Both the position numbers and the translations under genes were made by a program. This document shows positions 16,568 to 24,100 of a stretch of 24,913 nucleotides of DNA, one piece after another; position 1 is the first letter of the stretch; each line of letters starts with the position of its first letter. The stretch comes from a virus. Taxonomy: Duplodnaviria > Caudoviricetes. Location of the stretch: IMG/VR virus record IMGVR_UViG_3300049811_000016, positions 1-24,913 of that record; one strand, written 5' to 3'. The notes beneath the pieces were generated by a model. That model was given only the letters and a program-made list of their open reading frames with translations, was not told the origin of the DNA and ran no database searches.

Positions 16568-18196
16568 ATGCAGAACATTGAAGACATCGGCGAAGCGGCG
16601 AGAGCGGTTCTCCGCGCTCGAACCGGCGTAGCCGAGCCGATTGGAGCCGGACAGGCCCGCGCGATCGCAGGCCAACCACCGGCCGGTCCCGCGCGTCCGG
16701 TCGTCGCCGGGATTGGTGAAGGCGCTGCGCCGATCGCGCGCCGGCCTCCGGTTGTGGCGACTTCCGATCTTCGCTCACAGGTGCGCAGCGACCTGCAGCG
16801 TCCGAGCCCTGTCGACCGAGACGTGGCTGCCGCGCGAGCGCAGCAGGATGCGCGGTTCCGGACGCCCACTGCCGCGACCCCTGCTACGGCCGCTCCGGCC
16901 GCGGGCGGAACCGCTTCGCGGGTCGGTCAGGCGGCCGGTCAGGCGACCCGGGCTGCGGTAGATGCGGGCAAGCGGTTCGTCGCGCCGCCATCGGCGCCCA
17001 ACCGCGTCGGCGGGCCGACGGCCGCGGGTGTTGCCGCGGGCACCGCCATTGGCTCCGCGATCGACTCCTTCAAGCGCCCGACGACGGACTACTACACCCG
17101 GCTCGGTCTCGACCCGGCGCTGGCCGGTCAGGACACCATCAGCGGCACCGCTCGCGACGTCGCGGTGCGCGGCGCTGGCGTGCTGAGCGATTTCGGCGCC
17201 GCACTTCTCGACATCCCTGTCGACATCGCGAACCTCGCCGGCGCGGACATGCGTCCGTTCCGCGAGATGTTCGCCGACCGCCGGACGAGCCAGACCTACT
17301 CGACTGACGGCGGCGCGCCGAAGTCGGCTCCGGCCGCCCCGGCCGCGGCAGCAGCAGCGACCGCGGCGACCGCAGGATCGCCTGCCGCAGCGGGTGAACC
17401 AGCGAAGCCCCGCGTGCTCGGCACGTTCAACGGGCGCGAGATCACGGAAGCCGATGCCGCTGAACTTGCAGGCCGCGTGACGACCATCCCGTCCGCTCGG
17501 CAGCCAACCGCGCAGGAGCGGGCGACGTCGATCATCGACGGCATCCGCGCCACGAACGCGGCGCAGGACGCCGACTTCGGCAACCTCGTGCGCAGCTCAA
17601 TCAGCGAGCGCCGCGGGCGCGCAGACCGGGCCGAGCAGCGCATCGACGACCTTCGCTCCGCATTCGACACGGCCATCTTCCAAGGCAAGCGCCGGAAAGC
17701 CGCGGTCATCGCCGACGCGCTGCGCACCGAAGCCGGGATCGTGCAGGGGCTCGGAGCCGGGCAGGTGCCGGACACCCGCCGGCAGGGGCCGACGTTCTCG
17801 CCGACCGACGTCGCCGACGCCGGCCTCAAGGAAGCCGACACCGCGAAGACCAACCTCGAAGTCAGCCGCCAGCAGCGCATCAACGCGCTGATGGAGCAGT
17901 TCGCCGCTGATCCGGAGTCGGACGCAGGCCAGCAGGCCGGGCGGATGCTGCAGATGCTCCAAGGTGGTCAGCAGGAACAGAAGCTCTACCCGGTAGACTT
18001 CCCGGGCGGGATCGATGAGTTCGGCTCGCCAATCACGGCGCGCGGTCTTGTCGATACGAACGGGCGTCCGGTGTTCAACCCGTTCAACGGGCAGCAGCCG
18101 CAGGCCGCGTCCAGCCCGATCGTTGGTCAAGCCACTGGTCCGGACGGTAAGCTCTACAACATCCGCGCTGACGGAACTCCGGAGCCTGCAGAATGA
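16568..18196 (+). CDS. Ala/Pro-rich probable internal virion (ejection) protein (542 aa)
   Basis: TAAGGTG RBS; low-complexity Ala/Pro/Gly/Gln composition; immediately precedes and overlaps (ATGA) the giant ORF. Confidence 0.7.
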   Translation: MQNIEDIGEAARAVLRARTGVAEPIGAGQARAIAGQPPAGPARPVVAGIGEGAAPIARRPPVVATSDLRSQVRSDLQRPSPVDRDVAAARAQQDARFRTPTAATPATAAPAAGGTASRVGQAAGQATRAAVDAGKRFVAPPSAPNRVGGPTAAGVAAGTAIGSAIDSFKRPTTDYYTRLGLDPALAGQDTISGTARDVAVRGAGVLSDFGAALLDIPVDIANLAGADMRPFREMFADRRTSQTYSTDGGAPKSAPAAPAAAAAATAATAGSPAAAGEPAKPRVLGTFNGREITEADAAELAGRVTTIPSARQPTAQERATSIIDGIRATNAAQDADFGNLVRSSISERRGRADRAEQRIDDLRSAFDTAIFQGKRRKAAVIADALRTEAGIVQGLGAGQVPDTRRQGPTFSPTDVADAGLKEADTAKTNLEVSRQQRINALMEQFAADPESDAGQQAGRMLQMLQGGQQEQKLYPVDFPGGIDEFGSPITARGLVDTNGRPVFNPFNGQQPQAASSPIVGQATGPDGKLYNIRADGTPEPAE

Positions 18197-21100
18197 AGCC
18201 GACACTCCCCGATGGTTTTCAGTGGGTCGAAAGCAGCGGGGAGAGTCAGGCGAAGCCGAAGCTCCCGGAAGGCTGGCGCTGGGAACAGGGGATCGGCGAG
18301 ATCGCCGGATCGTCGGTCGTCCGCAAGGTCGGGCAAACGGAAGCGGCGGCCGGTCGCGCGCTGAGCGACGCCGGCATCGAGACCGGCCTCGTCGAGTCCG
18401 GCGAGCAGCGGATTGCCGAGAACGCGCCGGCGGTGACCTCGGTCAGCGAGGCGGTTCAGAACCCGGGCGACTTCGTCGTCCAGTCCGTCGCCGAGACGCC
18501 GGTCGACATGGCGGTCAACCTAACCGGCCGCGCCGCCGGCGCCGGCCTTGGCCGCCTGATCGGATCGCGCTTCGGCGCCGGTCAGGCCGGGCAGAACATC
18601 GGCGAGGAGGTCGGCGGCTTCCTCGCATCCGGCATCCAGTCCTACGGCTCGATCCGCGCGGAGCAGGAGCAAAACGGGATCGACAGCATCCCGCAGGCGC
18701 TCCTCGGTGCCGCGGCGTCGTCCCTGCTGGAGCAGTTCGGTCCCGAACGCGCAGCCGCGGCGATCATCAAGGGCGGCGGCCGGCTTGGCCCGGGCGACAG
18801 CCGCCTCACCAACGCAGGCCGCGAAATGCTGCGCGGCATGGGCATCGAAGGCGCGACCGAGTACCCGCAGAGCCTCATCGAGCAGGCCGCCGGCGGCGGC
18901 GATCCGTTCAGCGCCGAAGGTCAGTCGCAGGCCGCGTTCGAGGCGCTGTCCGGAGCCGTCGGTGGCGGGGCCGTTGGTGGCGCGCTTGGCGCCATCGCCC
19001 CGCGCGAGCAGCCGCGCGCGCCGATCACCGCCGAGGACATGCTGGCGCAGCTCGACGCCGGCGTCATCCCGAACGCCAGCATCGACAGTCTCGTGCCGGT
19101 CGTGCCGGGCGCGGCGCAGAACGAGAGCAACAGCCGCCCGGTCACGCGGATGGTGGAGCAGAACCCGCTGCCGGAGCCGCCCGCGCAGGTGGTGCCGGAG
19201 CAGGTGGCGCCGGAGCCCGTTGCCCCGATCGCGCAAGCGCCCGCCGCCGACCCGGGCGAGCGCGTGCAGCCCGGCCCGATTGCTGGCGCCCCGCGCGTGC
19301 AGCCCGGCCCGCCGCCGGCGGAAGCCGTGCGGGCGGTCGGCTTCGTCCCTGACCCGGCGAAAGGCCCGGTCTCGCGCGCAGTCGACACCGCGCTCAAGAC
19401 TGGTGCGATCCAGCCGTCGATCATCGTCCCGCCGCCCAGCAGCTCGCGCGGCGAGGTGACGATCCCGGCCCGGCCGGCACAGCAGCCTGTCCAACCGACC
19501 ACGCAGCCCGCCGCCACGCAGCCCGCGGCAGAACCGACGGCCGCCAGCCAGCCTCCGGCGCCGCCCATCGCCGACCAGCAGGCAGCGCAGGACCGCCGCG
19601 TCGTCGAGGAGCCCGAGCGCGTGATCGAACTGCGCTTCGAGGTGGTGATGTCGAAGCTCGGCAACCCGTTCAAGTCCGAGCTGGCCGCGCAAGCCGCCGC
19701 CCGCCAGCGGCCGGGGTTCAGCGTGTTCAAGCAGGGGCCGAAGGAATGGGTGCTTCGCCGCCAGATCGCCGATGTGATCGACCCGTCCACCGGCGAGGTT
19801 CTGACGCGCCAGCGCCAGACCCCCGAGGAGATCAGGACCGCCGTCCGCAATCAGGCCCGGACCGGCCAGCCGCAGACCACGGACTTCATCGCGAAGACCT
19901 TCGGCATCCCGATCGATGAGGCGCGCGCCATCCGCAAGGGCGTGATGAGCGAGCTGCGCGCCGAGCGTGTCGAGCAGGCCAAGCAGCGCACCGCTGTGGC
20001 GGAAACCGCGCCGGTCGTCGAGCAGCAGGCCGCGCCGCAGGCGGACACCGTTCAGCCACCTGCAGTGGCGGACACCCCCGCGCAGACTCCGGCCCAGCCG
20101 TCGGTACCGGTCGTCGCCGATCCCGTTGCTGAGCGGCCCGCCAGTAGTCCCCAGGCCCCTGCCGTTGAGCAGGAGACCGCAGTTGGTGCGCCCGCGCCTT
20201 CCGCAGAGCCGGAGACCGACGACCAGCGCCTCGCCCGAATCCGGGCAACGCCGAACGTGCAGCGGTCGCAGGAGGACGTTGATTGGGCAAACGCCCTTAC
20301 GCGCTCTCGCGCGCGCGCCGAGGCCGAACCTACGAAGGCCAGTGCGCCCGACGAGATCGACGAGTTCGCCAAGACCCGGAAGTCACCGATGCTGGCTGCG
20401 AAAGCTGGTGCGGCGCTGCGCGGGCAGGTAAGAAACAACGGCCGGGTCGTCAAGCTCGCCGACCTGATTCGCGAGAAGGTCGCGGCTGGCGCAACAATCG
20501 AGACGCGCGAGAAACAGGACGCGCTGGTCGCTCCGGACGGCTCTTACCTGCTGCAGAAGCAGACCGGCGCCTACGGGATGCAGTTTGCGCGCTGGATGGT
20601 CGAGCAACGAACGGAAAGCTCCGCGACTCAGGACGCAACACAGGAGGCCAAGCCGGAAGCGGAGAGCCGAGTTCCGGACGCGACGAGCTGGGTTATCCGC
20701 GAGAAGTCGACCGGTAAGGTCATCGTCGAGACGTTCGATCGCAAGAAGGTCGACGCGCTCAACACCGAGCGGTACGAGGCGGTCCCGATCACGCAGCATC
20801 TCGTCGAGGTCAACGACCCGAACAGCAAGGCCGGGCGAGCTGCGCGCGGCCGGCCCGTTGCCGAGCCCGTTGCCGAGGCGGCGCCCGCTCCGTCCGCCGA
20901 GCCCGAGGCGCAGCCTGCCGCCGCCGCACCGGAGCCCGCGCCTGCCGAGCAGCCGACCCCCGCTGCCGAGTCGCCAGCGCCCGCCGCGAAGCGCGCGCCG
21001 AAGCGCGCCGCCGCCAAGGCCGCGCCAGGCTGGTTGCAAGAAACCAACTACGCTGTTGGTGACCGCTTCAGAGTGGTCAAGGACTTTGACTACCTGACGG

Positions 21101-24100
21101 CCGGCATCGACATGAGGATCGAGTCAGCCAGTGATGGGCAGGTCAACGTCCGGAGGGTGAGCGGCGATAGTGGAACCTTCCTCAGTCGACGGCAGTGGAC
21201 GCAAGCTGTCAGCAGCGGGATGGTCGAGAAGATCGCTCCATCAGTTTCGGATCGCGCCCCGACCACCCAGCGCATGCCGCCGGCCGAGATGCGTTCCGCG
21301 CTGCTGCGCCAGATCGACGAGGCCATCGCCAGCGCCCTGGACTCTCCTGCCGCGGCCCTCAAGGTCGGGAAGTCGTTCACCCGCCGCGGCAACAAGGTCA
21401 CGCCGGTGACGATGGACGGCAAGCCGGTGCTGGAGATCGTCAAGAAGGGCGACAGCTACGCCGTGACGCCGACCGGCACTGGCGCCAAGGCCATCGCCAC
21501 CGCTGCCGACATGGAATCAGCCAAGGCGATGGCCGCGCGCGCGCTGCAAGGCGCGCAGTGGAGCGAGAAGGGAGGTCCGGCCGGGTCATGGACGTTCGGC
21601 TCAACCGAGGCGACCGACTTCGCCACCTTCAGCGTCCCGGGCGGCCCGTCGTACCGCGTGGTGCGCACGAAGGACCGCCTGCAGGCCCTTCGCGACGAGA
21701 TCGCCAAGAACCCGGGCTTCCGCCCGCCGGCGCCGCCGCAGCGCCCGAAGATCGCGAGCACGTTGTCCGAGACGATCGCCGAGCTTCGCGGGTCGAATGA
21801 CCCCGAGGAGCGGTGGAACGCCGTCGAACTGCTGCGCGCGCTCGGGCGCAACACCGAGGCCGACGCGCTGGCGAAAGACCTGCCGGCGCGCGCGCAGTTC
21901 TCGAACGCCGCCTCGGCGCCCGCGCAGTCGCTTCGCGCCGAGGTCATCCGGTCCCTGTACGCGCCGATTACGCGCGGCTGGAAGGTCCGCGTGAACGTGG
22001 TCGCGACGCCTGACGACTTCCCGGATGCCGTGAAGCGAAGCTCGGGATTCAACCCGGAGCTGTCCGAGGCGGTGATCGTCGGTGACGACATCTACATCGC
22101 GGCCTCGATGGTCGACAGCGTGCGGGACGCTTACCGCCTTCTCGCGCACGAGGCGATCGGTCACGCCGGCGTCGAGGGCATGGTCGGGAAGCGCGATTGG
22201 CCCGCGCTGGTCAAGCAGGTCAACACGCTGCTGGACAGCTCACGCGACTGGCTGCCGGTCGAGGTCGCGAAGCGTTACCCGGGCGCCGATGCCGACACGC
22301 GCGCCGCGGAGGCCATCGCCATCATGGCCGAGCGAGGCGTGCGCAGCACGGTCCTCGGCCGGATCATGGCGTCCACCCGACGCACGCTGCGCGCGATGGG
22401 CTTCAATGTCCAGTTCAGCGCCAGCGAGCTGCGCGAGATGATCGCTGCCGCCGCTCGTAGCATGAGCCACAGCAAGGGCTACTCCGAGGAGGCTCGATTC
22501 TCGGCCGCTGCGCGACAGAGCGTGACGGACACGGAGGAGTTTCGGCGGTGGTTCGGTGACTCGAAGATCGTCGACGAGAACGGCGAGCCGATGGTGATGT
22601 ACCACGGGACGCGCCATTCCTTCGATGCCTTCAACAGAGAGGGGCGCCGCGGACAAGATCGCATGCACTATTTCACATCGGACCCGGAGGGTGCGGGGGA
22701 GTACGCTGGTGACGTGCGCTATGGCACTCCCAACGTGATGCCGGTGTACCTGAGCGTGACGCGCCCATATCAGTTCGATGCAGGAGGAGCGCAATGGTGG
22801 TCTTTGCCCATCACCATTTTTCCGCCAGAGATCACGCGCCATTTCGATGAGCGAAACATCCTTCGCGGACGCGAAGGAAGCACTCCACAGATCGGATTCA
22901 CGGACGTTAACCGCGCCGCCAAAACAGAGGGTTATGACGGCGTAGTGGCTGACAACATTCGTGACGGCGCCGGGGTTTACGGTGACGCGACCCCATCGAA
23001 GGTCGTCGTCGCCTTCCGCCCAGAGCAGATCAAGTCCGCCATCGGCAACGTAGGTGCCTACGGCCAACGTCCCGTGACTCCCGATGAAGCCGCCCGCTTC
23101 GGCATGACGCCTGACGAGGCAAACGCCGCGCAGGCGCGTGGTGACATCCGCTTCAGCAACGCCGCCGGCATCGAGGTCGAGGAGCTTGACTTCACGAGCT
23201 ACGTCGGCACCGCCGGCCTGACCGATACCGAGGTATCGTCGTCGACGATGCGCGACCTCGCTGCGCGTCTGTGGCGCGACGTGGGCGCGCGGTCGCCGTT
23301 CTTCACCCGATGGTTCGGCCAGAGCAAGATGCGCCGCTCGAACGGCGAGCCGATCAAGCTGTACCACGGATCGCCTCGCGGCGCCTTCGACGCCTTCGAC
23401 GTGAGCCGCGCCGGCGAGAACACTGGCTACTCGGCGAGCGGCCTCGGCATCTTTATGACTCCGCGACGCGCTGCTGCCGAGAGATACGCCGACGGCGGCA
23501 CCGTCCTGTCCCTGCACGCCCGCATCGAGCGCCCGTACCGGATGGAGGTCGAGGAGTTCAGCAGCTTCGAGACCGTCGCTGACGCGCGCAAGCGCAAGGC
23601 GCAGCTCATCGCCGCTGGCTACGACGGGATCGTCGTTCCCGCCGACGGCACCGTCATCGCCTTCATGCCGAATCAGGTCAAGTCGATTGACAACATCGGC
23701 ACGTTCGACAATGCGGATGATCGGATGCGGTTCAGCAACCGTGACGTCACGAGCACGCCGGAGTTTAGGCAATGGTTCGGCGACTCAAAGGTGGTCGACG
23801 AGCGCGGCGAGCCGCTGGTGGTCTACCACGGCACAAAGTCGGATTTTGCTGAGTTCCAGACAACCAGCGGCGAGCTTGGCAGGGGCATTTATTTCACCCC
23901 GTATCCGGACACTGCCGGGATGTTTGCTGATCGATCGCGAGGTGAGTCTCAGTCGATCATGCCGGTTTACCTGCGAATGGAAAACCCACTGATAACGGGC
24001 GACCGGAATAAGGCTCGTGCCGATGGACCGACCAAGCTACAGAAGCTGGGGTACGACGGCGTGATATTCACGTCATCAACCGGCGAAGTACAGTACCTAG

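Noticed and set aside
20850-21020. Short tandem repeats (PVAE-PVAE, AAKRAPKRAAAK) as a DNA repeat or CRISPR-like array
   Set aside because: They are in-frame low-complexity linker sequence with no constant repeat-spacer periodicity.
22240-23772. 510-aa minus-strand ORF, and other long antisense or alternate-frame ORFs such as 1004-1915, 2012-2929, 11025-12119, 14852-15838, 18015-19352 and 18520-19692
   Set aside because: They overlap well-supported + strand genes and have Arg/Ala/Gly-rich shadow composition with no motifs, as expected in high-GC coding DNA.
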